A DNA stretch of 64,000 nucleotides from positions 118,296,001-118,360,000 of the forward strand of contig OX597820.1 of assembly GCA_951406725.2 (NCBI GenBank), in the 5' to 3' direction. This document shows positions 14,189-27,044 of this stretch, in pieces. The DNA comes from Octopus vulgaris (lineage: Eukaryota). Under the pieces are notes generated by a model. That model worked only from the letters and a program-made list of their open reading frames with translations, ran no database searches and was not told where the DNA came from. Made by a program: the position numbers and the translations under genes. How positions within the stretch are numbered: position 1 is the first letter of the stretch; the number at the start of each line of letters is the position of its first letter.

Positions 14189-16606
14189 AATAATACATTA
14201 ATACATATACGTACAAACACCTGTGTGTGTGTGTGTGTGTGTATGTGTGTGCATGCGTGTTATACCAACTATGTCGTGGAGAAACCACGATTAATAGTAC
14301 ACAAAGCTATTACATTGGCTTTAAATTTTAGCTTTGAATTATAATGTTTCAAGTGGTATCGACATTTTTCGTCATATTACTATGATCTTATTATTGACAC
14401 AGTGTTTTTATTATTACAGGTTGAAGCTTCTCAAATCGTAACTCAAAGATTCACATTTCTGATTGATCGAACGGTTAGAGTCCCGAAGGAAGCAAAAATA
14501 TTCGCAAACCCATTGATGTCCACCTGGAAACTTAACTGCCAATAAAATATGAACAGTAGCCGTCTCGTTTTTGCCTGCTGTGTGTGTGTATGATCGTTAG
14601 ATAGGTGGTAAGACAGTGTTTATATGTGAGAAGGGTGGGTAGACATGTTGGGTAAAAATGTTGACCAAGAAAATAGGACGTCAAGAGAAATGTTGAGGAT
14701 GTGGTAGACGCATGTAGAAGATAACTTAAGAGTGTGGAATGTTTTATGAAGGAGGAAATGTTGAAACTATTATAAAATATGAAAGCGTGAGAAGAAGAGA
14801 GAGATTGTGTGTGAATTCTGTGAAGAGAGCAATCGTGGAAGAAAATCGCAAGAAAATATAGGCATCACTCGCAAAATGTTTGACGGGGTGTCCGAAGAAA
14901 GGCAAGAAACTGATAAAAATCTATAGAAAAGATTTGAATGATGAGAAGCTGGTAAAGACGACGAGAGAGAAATAATTGTTGAACAGGTTTAAACAAGCGT
15001 CGGACATGGGTGAAACTATTTGATGCACGTAATATAAAAAGATGGCGACATAAGGAGACTTTATCTTCTTTCAAAGATTGGAGATTAAAGGGAGGGAAGC
15101 AGCAGAAGTAGTAGTAGCAGTAGTGTCTGTAGGTGGTAGCAAGCTAAAGCGTGGGGGATGCAAAAGATGAGGGGTAAAACAAAGGTGTGATTCGTTGCTG
15201 TCAAACAGAAATGGTTGCCTGCAGAAGGATGTGTATGTGTCAGTGGATAAATGTGCGTCCGCGAACCAGTCCGTGTGTGTGTGTGTGAGTGTACGTTTAT
15301 GTGTGTGTGTGTGTGTGTGCATATAGACGTGGGTGTGGTGGACAGGGTGGAGACGTATGCATGAGTGTATCAGATGTGTGTGTCAGAGTATGCAAAGCCC
15401 GAACCGATGTAGATTGGCTTGTAACCGCCTGCCGATGTGTGTTTGTCAAAGAAACGAGCGTGGTAGGAGAACAGAGGTATATGTGCGCGCATGTGCAAAG
15501 AGAAGTGTGTAAATGCGTGTGGGTTTGTATGACGGTCTGCGCGTGCGTGAACGAGAAAATATGGAAGATGAATATTGGTGAGAATGAATGTGTATACGTG
15601 CCTAGCGGAAAGGTGTGAAAGTATAAGTAGTGATCGACGGATGGCGTGCGCGTGATAAGTGAATGAGTGAGTGCGTGTGTTTGTGTGTGTGCAGCAGGTT
15701 GTATGTACGAGGGATGTACAAGGAGTACAATCCCTCGTACATACAAAGAGTGTAATTCTGGAGCAGGTTGGGAGAAAATGCAAGTCTGAAAATTTGAGGT
15801 AGTGAATTTAGTTAAAAAAGAACGTACATTTTAGAATAAGAAGATAAGCTACATTTCGCTTTGGAGGCGAGTTGTTGGAAATCAGAACAAGACATTATAT
15901 CTGGCTCCCTAAGAACCCTATCAATTCACTCTTTAAACCCTCCAGTTAAGCACTAATATCCATAAATTTCCTTTACAATTTCTAGCCTTGTGGCATAATT
16001 AAAAGACAATTTTCCTATTTCCAAATATTGGACTATGGGCATGCTGAACATTATGCTGTAAATATACATTTGTTAAATATTTAAACAGAATTCTGTTTTT
16101 AGCAATAACAACTCTATATATACAATTGATGTCTATTTCTTTAGCCAGCGCCAATAATTTCAAAATCGTCTCCTGGGGCCTGGAGTGAATAGCGTAGAAA
16201 TGAAAACTATTTCCTTAGCTTTCCTAACGTCCCAGTGGCTTAATGAGGCATAAATTCGCTTTTTAAAAACTCGCTAAATAACTTTTTAATCATGTAAATT
16301 TGTTTCAAGTTTCAATGATTCGTATAACAAAGATTGAAACGCAAAATTAATGACGACCTATTTATCATATTAGCGTAAAGTTTGTGTCGTTTGACAAAAG
16401 ACCACACATGCGCAAATATGTCTGTATACACTCACAATTATATCTATTTGTACGTACATAAATAAATATACATATGCTACAAAATATTTAATCCATAATC
16501 ATTAATACAAAAAAAAACATTTATTCTATGTGGCCGTACATAACTGCTTTTGAACTTGGCCCCTCAAGGGATATACATACGTATATTCAATATATACATA
16601 CATACA

Positions 16607-16642
<36 letters not shown>

Positions 16643-16644
16643 TG

Positions 16645-16691
<47 letters not shown>

Positions 16692-16696
<5 letters not shown>

Positions 16697-16838
16697 GGCC
16701 CTGGGATGTGTAACAGACTGCCTAAATATCTTAACATTCTCAAAACCAGAAATGAGAAAGCTAATTCGAAAACTGCAGATCCAATCCATGACTGGAACTG
16801 TAAAAATCGATAAAACTTTTCAGAAGTTTATTATTTAA
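16692..16838 (+). pseudogene. 3' tip of an RLE-type non-LTR retrotransposon ORF next to (TA)n
   Basis: Manual translation [48 protein letters not shown]. Confidence 0.65.
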
Positions 16839-17197
16839 GTATATATGAGCAACTCTAGATAAGCAGCTATATGCATGAGGATACATACATAAAGCAAAAC
16901 GTACGAATCTGCACACATAAATACATGCATACATAATTACATGCATGCATACATACATACATACATACATACATACATACATACATACATACATACATAC
17001 ATACATGCATACATACATACATACATACATACATACATACATACAAACCTTTGTTGATGATGTTGAAATTCCAATGGAGATCTGGTTTTAGGTTAGAAAC
17101 TGGCTCATTCTCTATTGGCAAGAAATTTTGAAATAAAACTGAAAATAACATAGATACATAGATATATAGATACATAGATACATAGATACATACATAC

Positions 17198-17265
<68 letters not shown>

Positions 17266-17277
17266 CATATATATATA

Positions 17278-17520
17278 TTGCGTCTCACGTCTGATCTCTG
17301 ACTTCTGGCCGAAATCAGACCGTCATGCTGAATCGTTAGATCCTGCACGCATTTTTTTCTCTCCTTGTTTCTTTTCTGTGTATCTTTCTGTTGAAGAGCG
17401 TAGGCTCGAAACGTAAAAGACTTGTTTTATTTCTATTCCTGAGCGCCATACTAATACAATTGTTTGTTTTTACTCCACCTACCTTCGTCTTTTGTATATT
17501 TTCATAAAGCTTCCCGTTAT
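17278..17520 (+). mobile_element. HHR-bearing short element, CUGUNGA family
   Basis: TA-flanked; homologous to 7605-7822 and 24888-25145. Confidence 0.8.
17383..17420 (+). ncRNA. Minimal hammerhead-like motif with A6U core
   Basis: TCTTT-CTGTTGA-A-GAGC(GTAG)GCTC-GAAA-CG-TA-AAAGA. Confidence 0.65.
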
Positions 17521-18382
17521 ATATCACGCGCTCATGTGGTCTCACTTTTATCCTAAATTCTACCAACACCACTATCAACTCTTACCTTTGCATTGGATTT
17601 TCTTTACCTCCTGGATACTTACCCTGGCTGCACCTCTCTTTCACGGATCAAAGTGACTTTATTATTGATGTGAAATCCTTAAAAAATATACCATGACGTC
17701 TATACGTTTTTAACCTTGAACTTTCAACCTTGAACTTGTTCGTATTTCAGTACAACCTATAACATCTGGTAAAGTACAGAACAAGAAAATTTGTAGTTAA
17801 AATATTGCGGCTAAGGACAAATTTTCAAATAAAATATTTAGAAAATATTAGCTTTTATTAAAACTTAAAAATTATTACAAGTTATTATTCTATTTATTAT
17901 AACTTGTTTCATCGACTAAAAATTAAAAAAATAGCACAATTAAAATATGTTTGTAGTTTTAAAAAATTAATTTTCTTAATTATTAATTAATATTTAGAAA
18001 TTTGAAAATAGGTTATAAAAATAATAGTAGTACATAATTAGTCAATACAATAAATATAGTGATACAAAAACTAGTTATATATTACAGAAAAATTTACCTA
18101 TAACGACAAATTCACAGTAAAATTTGCTTGAGTTATTGCCTAAGTTATTGCCAAGTCTTCACATTTTTAGTCTTGACCCAATGCCTATTTTTTACATAAT
18201 GAATTTGTCTACCATATATAATATTCTATTTTTCATAAAACTCTAGCTATATTGGTACTTCTGCTCTCATTTTAAAAGTATTCTAGCGAATACTTTATAA
18301 TCTTACTTTGTAAATTATAATCAAATTATTTCAAATATTCAAATTTTATCCTTAGCTGCAATATTTTAAGAAAAAATATTTT

Positions 18383-18729
18383 AGGAAAGTTCCGAGGATT
18401 AGGGCATTTCATGGAAAGTTCCGAGGACTATGGAAATTTACTTCTTGGAAAGTTTCAAGGATAAGGATACTTCCTGGCAAATTCCGAGGATTATGGAAAA
18501 TTACTTCCCGGTATGTTCCGAGGATTAGCATACTTCATGGAAAGTTCCAAGGGTTAGAGAAAATCACTTCCTTGAAAGTTCCGGAGATTAGGATACTTCC
18601 TGGAAAATTCCTAGGATTAGGGAAATTATTTCTTGGAAAGTTCCGATGATTCGGATACTTCCTGAAAAGTTCCGAGGTTTTGGATACTTCCTGGAAAGTT
18701 CCGAGGGTTCGGATACTTCCTGGAAAGTA
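18383..18729. repeat. Minisatellite, ~29-33 bp unit GGAAAGTTCCGAGGATT(AGGATACTTCCT)
   Basis: About 11 diverged tandem units. Confidence 0.9.
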
Positions 18730-19104
18730 TTGAAATATGTAAAAAGATAAAATTTGGTTATGCGTGCATTTCACGATTACCTCACTGTACTTAAATCCCC
18801 TCACTATACAACGTTTTCAAAACTTGTTTTTGTCTGAACATATATATTCCCCTCCAGTTAGCTGAACAGTTATCTCCCTTACCCACAACAATAATAACGA
18901 TAAGCAATTACCTTCCCTTATTTATCTACTTGTAGAGTCATTCACTCGTAAATATCATCACACACAACATGGACAAAATTTCTTCTTAAGAAAAAATACA
19001 TATTCAAATAAGTAAAACATAATATCATGAATAGCGATAGCGAAACCGGTCGATATATCAAAAATTATATTAAAACTATGTAAATGTGCGTATTTGCCTT
19101 TTTA

Positions 19105-19143
<39 letters not shown>

Positions 19144-19203
19144 TCTTCCTCTCTCTCTCTACCTACTAATATGCAAACATATATTACCCACGTCTATGTA
19201 AAT

Positions 19204-19234
<31 letters not shown>

Positions 19235-19718
19235 TTTACAGATTTATGTTTGAATGTCTGTTCGTTTTTACTCCATTTCTCTTTTCTTGCTCTCTCTATG
19301 TATATAAGCGTGTGATCTTATATATGTACGCTTCCGCCCACATGCTTGCCGTGTTACACGGCTTTGCGATGGTGCCGAATATGTTGAAACATCTCTTTGT
19401 GAAACTTAATTAACTTGTGTGTGTGTGTATGTATGTGTGTATATGTCAATGTATAACTGAAAGAAGATAAAAAAAAAAACAAACAGTTGGTCTGAGAGAT
19501 TGTCAACCTTTCTAAATGTGACACTACCATTCCTACTCTATCACAACTTTCAGTATTTCTACATTTCCTTCCTGTCACAATTCTGTGTTACTCCACAATT
19601 TTTTGTTACCGCTTTTTCTGTGTCACATCTAAATTTTTCTGAAAAATTTCGTAAAGATTTATTGTGAAATATTGATGCTGTTTCAAGACATGCCATTATT
19701 AACCCTGATGATATTGAA

Positions 19719-20300
19719 CAGCGATTCTCAACCGCGGCTTCTAGGACCGCGTGCGGCCCTCAAACATCCTTCCAGCGAAAATCGACGTTCTTCTATCTAT
19801 AAATATAATAAATTTCTCTTTAATTCACTTATGTTTTAATTTTTTCTTGATGCGGTGCTGTAAAAAAGTCCAAGTTTTGGATGGGGCCTGAATGTTAAAA
19901 TGGTTAAGAACGACTGATATAGATAATTCTGATCAACAAACTGGATCACTTTTAAAATGGTTGAAGTTTTCAGAGAGATAAAAGAGGAACTTCCTTTACA
20001 TATACTAAAATTAGAAAAAGAAAACAAAATCAAATCCGCTTTCGTTTCTCATCAATATATTCTACAACTCCTCCTCTCGATATTTTTGTAAGCTTTTAAA
20101 ACATCCCTCCGGCTGCTTGTTTTTTCCAGAAATCAAGTCTCTCTCTCTCGAACTCTTTAAGTTTTTGTAAATAATATTAACCTTCCTTTTAAATGTTTTT
20201 GATTTAAACTTCAACGCTATAATCTGTCTATGTTCAAAGAAGTTTAAATTTCATTATCTCTGAAAACATTTTATTTAATTCCACAAAATTCACAGAATTA
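19719..20300 (-). mobile_element. Possible old hAT/Charlie relic
   Basis: End CAGCGATTCTCAACC resembles a Charlie TIR; NYLYQSFLT weakly resembles the hAT dimerisation motif YLCEQxFS. Confidence 0.3.
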
Positions 20301-20811
20301 TTTCCGTAATATATTGATGTTTTTAACGTGTACTCTGTTTTATAGCGGCGGGGATGCATGTGCAAAATATATTATACATAATAACAAGCGGCGGTGATAC
20401 GGTGCAGGTTTATTAAGTACAACGCACCCATATAATTAGGTTATCACTTTCAAATCGCTTTATCGATCACAGGTAATATTCTCTGAATCTATCATGCGAT
20501 CTTCTCGAAGAATTTGCCAATTGAGAAGAGAAAAATATTTTCATTCATCCAAGAATTTAGAAAAAGAAGTGTTTTTAGTATGAACTTCTAGGAATTGATT
20601 TCAATCTCTTGAGGAAATTTCTAGACTAGTCTGGTCTCGATTCCGCAATACACTTATACATATTCTGTAGTATTACTAGAAATAGCAGCCACATTGGATT
20701 CTTATCATAGGCACAGACGCAAGATTCTGTGGTTAAAAAACTCGCTTGGCAATCGCCTTATTTGAGTTTCAGTCTCACTGCTGGGCACCTTATGCTAGTA
20801 TCTTCTAAAAT

Positions 20812-21201
20812 GGATGGATGGAAGCAATCCGTCGGTTACGACGACTAGAATTCCGGTTGATTCGAATCAACGGAACAGCCTGCTCGTGAAATTAACGTGT
20901 AAGTGGCTGAGTACTCCACAGACACGTGTACCCTTAACGTAGTTCTCGGGGATATTCAGCGTGACACAGAGAGTGACAAGGCCGGCCCCTTGAAATACAG
21001 GTACAACAGAAACAGGAAGTAAGAGTGAGAGAAAATTGTGGTGAAAGAGTACAGCAGGTATCACCACCATCCCTGCCGGAGCCTCGTGGAGTTTTAGGTG
21101 TTTTCGCTCAATAAACACTCACAACGCCCGGTCTGGGAATCGAAACCGCGATCCTATGACCGCGAGTCCGCTGCCCTAACCACTGGGCCATTGCGCCTCC
21201 A
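20812..21201 (-). mobile_element. SINE family C (tRNA-Arg-like head) nested in a family A SINE (~20709-21500)
   Basis: Head GGAGGCGCAATGGCCCAGTGGTTAGG..TTCGATTCC; (TCCA)n tail; CTTCTAAAAT target duplication. Confidence 0.9.
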
Positions 21202-21273
21202 CTTCTAAAATAGTCTCGAGCTGACCAGAGCCTTGCAAAGGAATTTGGTAGCCAGAAATTGTGTAAGCTCGTC

Positions 21274-21305
<32 letters not shown>

Positions 21306-22080
21306 GTGTGTGTTTGTCTTTGCGTCTGTGTCCCGATTCAGCGCTTGCCAACCAATTTGGGTTTGTTTACGTCTCCGTAGCTTGGCGTTTCAGTAAAAGA
21401 GACCGATAGAATAAGCTCCAGACTGGGCTCGATCTGTCGAACTAAAACTCTCCAAGACAACTTCCTAGCTAGCATATCTGTAGTTAAATGGTTGAAAGGA
21501 GTGAAAGATAATGGTAGACCGACTTTAGTCAGTATGAGCACGGCTGGAACGTAGATGCTATAAAGCAGGTCTGCACCGATCGGGGTATATGCAACAATAA
21601 TAGAAATGTCGACGGCAACGACGTCGACAACGATAGATTTCAATTTGTTTTCGAAATGTTTTAATTCTGAAGCTGGATATATTTCTTCAGTCACTTTTAG
21701 TAATATTTTGCAGAAAGGTGGAACAACTAGTTTTTGCGAAAGCTTATTCAAACTGCCATCGATATTTAAAGAACACCAGATTTATCAGAAGTGCGGAATT
21801 CAATTCGGTAGCGCCAGAATGTGCTGTCACAACCAATCTATTGTGGTCGTATAGAAATACCAGAAGTTTTTACTGCTTTTAGATTAACTATCGATAAAAA
21901 TAAAACTGTATCCATTTCTGTTAATAGAAGCTAATTCTGCAATTTTTTTTTTTATCTTTAAAATTCCGTGATTTTTTTTCCTTTTCATAGCTTCTCGATT
22001 CTGACGCATTAGTAATAGTTTTTATTGTGTTTAGTCAAAAGTTTCGCAATATTTTGGTAACATTTGCTTTATTTATCAGG

Positions 22081-22745
22081 TTACAACAACAGCAGCCTGG
22101 CATCCAAAATTAGAGGCCATCGTATTGCACCGTCTGAAGCGACCTTTCTCTCCGTTGCAACAATAGCAGCCTGGCATCCAAAGTAGAGGCCATCATGTTG
22201 CACCGTCTGAAGCGACTCTTCTGCCAGTTCTTCGATCCCATGCTGATACCAGTTCTTGTCCGAGACGCAGAACTCCTGCACAGTAGTTTTGACCTCTCCT
22301 TTGTTTGGTGAAGCGTGTCGAGCACAAGAAGTGACCTATGGATCGGAACAAGCAATAATCTGTGGAAGCTAGGTCTGGACTATATGGTGAGTGTGACATC
22401 AGTTTCTGGAGTTTATTCTGGGTCTGCTGCAGAAGAGCTAGCTTTCTGTTAACAAACGCCGAATATTTTTGCAGCACAGTGTCATACATCCGTGAGATGC
22501 CGAGCTCACCAGATGCCCTTCGAGTACTTTTTGCCGGATTCGTTTCTATGCCTTGTAACACGGCCTCGAAGTTCACAGTTTCTTGGCCGACCTGACCTTG
22601 TCTTATCGTGCGCCTTCACCTTTCGCACAAAAAATGTTTTTGGTTGCTTCTGCCCGCGGCTTTATGGACCAGTCCGAACTCGTAAAGCGTAAGTTCCTGA
22701 ATTAGACTACGTAGCACATTCATCTGTGTGGCTTTCAAATAAAAC
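22081..22745 (-). mobile_element. Degenerate mariner relic with a ~78-bp terminal tandem duplication
   Basis: HSPYSPDLASTDYCLFRS and an HTH-like STRRASGELGIS in ORF 22193-22576. Confidence 0.75.
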
Positions 22746-23810
22746 ACGGGAATGCGATGTTGGTTTGTTTACAACCTCGCATCCTAACGGTTCGACCAGA
22801 GCGTCAAATAGAATAAGTACCAAACATAGGTACTAGGGTCATTTTATTCGATAAAAACCCTTTCAGTTCTTGCTCCAGCATGGCCGCAGTCCAATGTCAA
22901 GAACAAGTAAGATATAAGAGATTACGGATACTTGTTCCTGTTCTTTTGTTTCTCACCGTATAGCTACGAGTGGAGGGCGTGTCTCTATTTGACGGACAAG
23001 ATGGTGGCTTGTGAAAATTTGCAGGATAAAATCAACGGCAAACCAAAATTATAGTTTCCCATGAAATTGCCACCAGAATTATATAGCGTTTGAAGGCGGC
23101 AAATTGGCAGAACCATTAACATATCGGACAGAATGCCTAGCTGCACATCTAGTTCCTTCCGTTCTTAGTTCAAATACCGCCGAGATCAACTTTGACTTTC
23201 ATTCTTAAGGGGTCCTTAAAATAAAATTGCAGTCAAGCCACTCTTCCACTCAAAGTCTCAAGCCCTTGTGCCCATAGCCGAAAAAATTATAGGGTGCTTG
23301 TGGAGAAAGTCAACAGGCGCAATCCGTTAACGGAATGGCGAAAATAGGAAAGAAAATAAAAAAAAAAACGATACTCAGTCGGTTTTTGAACTCAGAAATA
23401 AAAGAAGATAATTGCTTCCAAGAGATGTGGGGCCTCTACTGTAAAGCATTTGACAAAAATCATCAACAAAGATATAAAAAAATGTAAATCAGATAAAAAT
23501 GATATCAAATGAAATTAAAACCGCAAATTGCATGAACAAAATTTTAAGTGGGAACCAAATTAAAATGGAGGAATTGAAATAGAAACAAAGAAATAAAAGT
23601 AAAAAAAAAAACTCTCTGACCATGGCAATTAAAACATAACCAAACATTCGAATTCCTAAAGAGAAAATTTACATAAGTTTCAGAAAAAACCCAAGGATTT
23701 TGCAGGTGCTTCACGTTTGAAAATAATAATTAGATTTACTGAAGGTTTCTTTCTCTGTTTACACCCCATCCCACATATATATACATGTACACACATGTAC
23801 ACACACTCAT

Positions 23811-23889
<79 letters not shown>

Positions 23890-23918
23890 TATACATATAT
23901 ACACACACAAACACACCC

Positions 23919-23982
<64 letters not shown>

Positions 23983-23985
<3 letters not shown>

Positions 23986-24800
23986 CTTAACCGACCAGTC
24001 CGTCGGGCGTCCATTTGACACCGCTGATCACAGCACGCTGTACACTCCTCACTGGATCGCGCCCTTCACATCCACGTAATCCCAATCGTCCTCCTGAAAT
24101 CGTAACTCCACCGACGTGGAGGCCTTCCGGGTGGTCGTTTCCACTCGCGCGGGCACCACTCGACGACTGCACGGGTCCACCAATTATCGGTGAGCCGGGT
24201 GACGTGTCCAGCCCATCTAAACTTGCTGCGTGTATACTCTTCGATGACATCCCTCATGCCGGACTTCTTTCTGATGATCTCGCTACTGATGTGCTCTATC
24301 AACAAGATACCAAGCATTGACCTTTCCATGGCTCTTTGAGCCGTTATCAATCTCTGCTCTTCTCTCTTTGTTGTAACCCATGTTTCGCTACCATATAACA
24401 TTGCAGGTATAACTGTACTGTTGATGACGTTGGCGCGGGTGGTCCTGCTCAACCTTCCCTTGAGCACACCCCTTATGCCATTAAACGCCTTCCATCCGGC
24501 CCTTACTCTCCGTGAGATCTCCTTTTCGATATCTCGTCACATATTCACTTCTTGTCCCAGGTAGACATATTCCGTTACGTTGTCTGACCGCATGAACTTC
24601 GTTTTCATGCGGTTCATCTTGAGACCTACTGCTGTCATCACCCGCACGAGTACCGGTCGAGAAGGGAGTGAAGCAAGGAGTTACGATCTCCCCAAAACTT
24701 TTCACCGCATGTCTCGAGCAGATCATAAGAGGCATCGACTGGCAAAGGCAGTGTTAACATCAATGGCGAGCTCCTCACCCACCTCCGTTTCGCTGACGAC
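23983..24800 (-). mobile_element. 5'-truncated RTE-clade LINE with a 5' inversion, inserted in (TA)n
   Basis: Minus: VIPAMLYGSETW..KFRWAGHVTR..KRPPGRPPRRW; plus strand ~24650-24800: GVKQGVTISPKLF..HLRFADD. Confidence 0.9.
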
Positions 24801-24822
24801 ATATATATATACGTGCAGCAAC

Positions 24823-24887
<65 letters not shown>

Positions 24888-24889
<2 letters not shown>

Positions 24890-25145
24890 CGGGAAGCTTT
24901 ATGAAAATAGACAAAAGACGAAGGCAGGTGGAAAACAAACAAACAATTGTATTAGTATGGCGCTCAGGAAATATAAATAAAACAAGTCTTTAACGTTTCG
25001 AGCCTACGCTCTTCAACAGAAAGATACACAGAGAGAAAAAAAAACACAGAAAGAAGGAGAGAAAAAAATGCGTGCAGTAGCTAACGAATCAACATGGCGA
25101 TCTGATTTCGGCCAGAGGTCAAAGATCAAACATGAGACGCGAGAG
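24888..25145 (-). mobile_element. HHR-bearing short element, CUGUNGA family (motif 24987-25024)
   Basis: Minus: TCTTT-CTGTTGA-A-GAGC(GTAG)GCTC-GAAA-CG-TT-AAAGA; 3' end abuts (TA)n. Confidence 0.8.
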
Positions 25146-25576
25146 CGAAATAAGGGGAGATAATAGGGTTGATAATAGGGTTGATAATAGGGTTGAAGGA
25201 CCAGCTAATAGTGCGTAGGGGGGTCTGGACGTGTGTATGTATAGGGTTGGTGTATGTATTAGTATGTATAAGGGTGTGTGTGTGTGTGTGTGTGTATGAG
25301 AGAGTATTAGTGCGTAGGATTGGTCTGGACGTGCGTATGTATGGGGTTGGTGTATGTATTAGTATGTATTAGTATGTATTAGTACGTATTAGTATGTATA
25401 AGTGTGTGTGTGTGTGTATGAGAGAGTATAAGTGCGTATGAGGGGTCTGGACGTGTGTATGTATAGGGTTGGTGTATGTATTAGTATGTATTAGTACGTA
25501 TTAGTATGTATTAGTTGGTGTATGTATTAGTATGGCACATCATATATGATGTGATGTGTAAAGTCGTGTGGTGTAG

Positions 25577-25880
25577 TGAGGAGAAGAGGGGGAGGGGAGA
25601 AGAGGGGAGGGGAGAAGAGGGGAAGAGAAGGGGAGGGGAAGAAGAGGGGGAGGAGAGGATGGGGAGAGATAGGAGGGGAGAAGGAAGGGGAGGAGGGGGA
25701 GGAAGGAGGAAAGATGGAGAGGGGGAGAGAGAAGGGAAGTGAGGGAGTGAGGGAGCAGAGGGAAGGGGAAGAGGGAAGGAGGGAGGGAGAAAGAGGGAAG
25801 AAGGGAAGGGGAGTAGGGGTGAAAGGATGAAGGACTGAAGAAGTAGGGGTCGGGGGGAAAGGATGAAGGACTGAAGAAGT
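25577..25880. repeat. Polypurine (G/A) tract
   Basis: Almost pure G/A for about 300 bp. Confidence 0.9.
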
Positions 25881-26032
25881 ATATTTCGATAGGTGAATGA
25901 ATTATCCTATCTTTACCGTCAGCATGGAAAATTCGATGAACCGATATCAGGGTAGCAAATTCACATCAGAAACACGGTTGAAGCGACCTGTCCAAGGGTA
26001 GAAACTCCGGGTTCATGTGCAGAAATTTGTGT

Positions 26033-26360
26033 TATATATGAATAAATAAAAGAATGGAGTCGAACGAAGATGTTAGCAAAATTCCTTTACTCTCGACATA
26101 TGTTTCGAAGACAGCATAGTTTCATTCCAAAGGAATAAAGGGTGCAAGATGCAATCTTCTCATCAGGAAAGAAAGGGAGCCTCTCTCAACATCAAGACAA
26201 ACAAAAATTTCGATGACTGCCTACATGATGAACAAAATGATGAGAAGATTGCATCTTGCACCCTTTATTCCTTTGGAATGAAACTATGCTGTCTTCGAAA
26301 CGTATGTCGAGAGTAAAGGAATTTTGCTAACATCTTCGTTCGACTCCATTCTTTTATTTA

Positions 26361-26370
<10 letters not shown>
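26033..26370 (-). mobile_element. Foldback pLTR-like element: 133-bp inverted arms, 72-bp spacer
   Basis: Arms 26033-26165 / 26238-26370 with one mismatch; both ends in TA. Confidence 0.85.
26090..26171 (-). ncRNA. Type I hammerhead, canonical
   Basis: CTTTC-CTGATGA-GAAGA...TCTTC-GAAA-CATATG-TC-GAGAG; palindromic ACATATGT stem III; GUC triplet. Confidence 0.85.
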
Positions 26371-26419
<49 letters not shown>

Positions 26420-26470
26420 TATTAAATTTCTAAATGTCTCAAAGAGACTTGATCGGTGGTGGAGCGATAG

Positions 26471-26736
26471 AGTGGTTGTATACTGTCAACATAACGTGAC
26501 GGTCCCGTATGGGAATTACATCACCGCTGTTTAGCCCTTATGACGGGTTAAGACCCAGAAACATGCATGTCCTCAGGTGTGAATCTTGGCTCGTGGGGGT
26601 GCTTGCCTCCCCTTCACAAATATAAGGACACAGGAAATATGTCAAAGCCGACAAGAAACGTCGATGCTTCATAGGGCTAAACAGCAGTGGTGTAATTTCC
26701 ATACGTGACTGTCACGTTATGTTGACAGTATACAAC

Positions 26737-26740
<4 letters not shown>
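26471..26740 (+). mobile_element. Second foldback pLTR-like element with a 5'-clipped hammerhead (26537-26577)
   Basis: ~70-bp inverted arms 26471-26543 / 26669-26740; ATGA-C-GGGT(TAAG)ACCC-A-GAAA-CATGCATG-TC. Confidence 0.7.
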
Positions 26741-26779
<39 letters not shown>

Positions 26780-26809
26780 TATATACATATATATATACAC
26801 ATATATATG

Positions 26810-26869
<60 letters not shown>

Positions 26870-26917
26870 CAACAAGGATATCCAAGGTAGTGTGGTACAA
26901 TCGTTTCATGCTACTTC

Positions 26918-26955
<38 letters not shown>

Positions 26956-26962
26956 CACACAT

Positions 26963-27023
<61 letters not shown>

Positions 27024-27044
27024 TACAAACACACATACATTTAT

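Noticed and set aside
14550-15700. Purine-skewed unique island as a possible UTR or promoter
   Set aside because: No supportable motif or ORF from sequence alone
21130-21201. tRNA-like sequences (also 34779, 49880, 50500 and 63803)
   Set aside because: SINE heads continuous with SINE bodies, not tRNA genes
21338-21854. Overlapping ORFs in apparently unique sequence
   Set aside because: No recognisable domain or splice structure; the minus ORF runs into a SINE
25932-25995. TCGATGA-ACCG..CGGT-T-GAAG hammerhead-like shape
   Set aside because: Both core halves deviate and stems I and III are unconvincing
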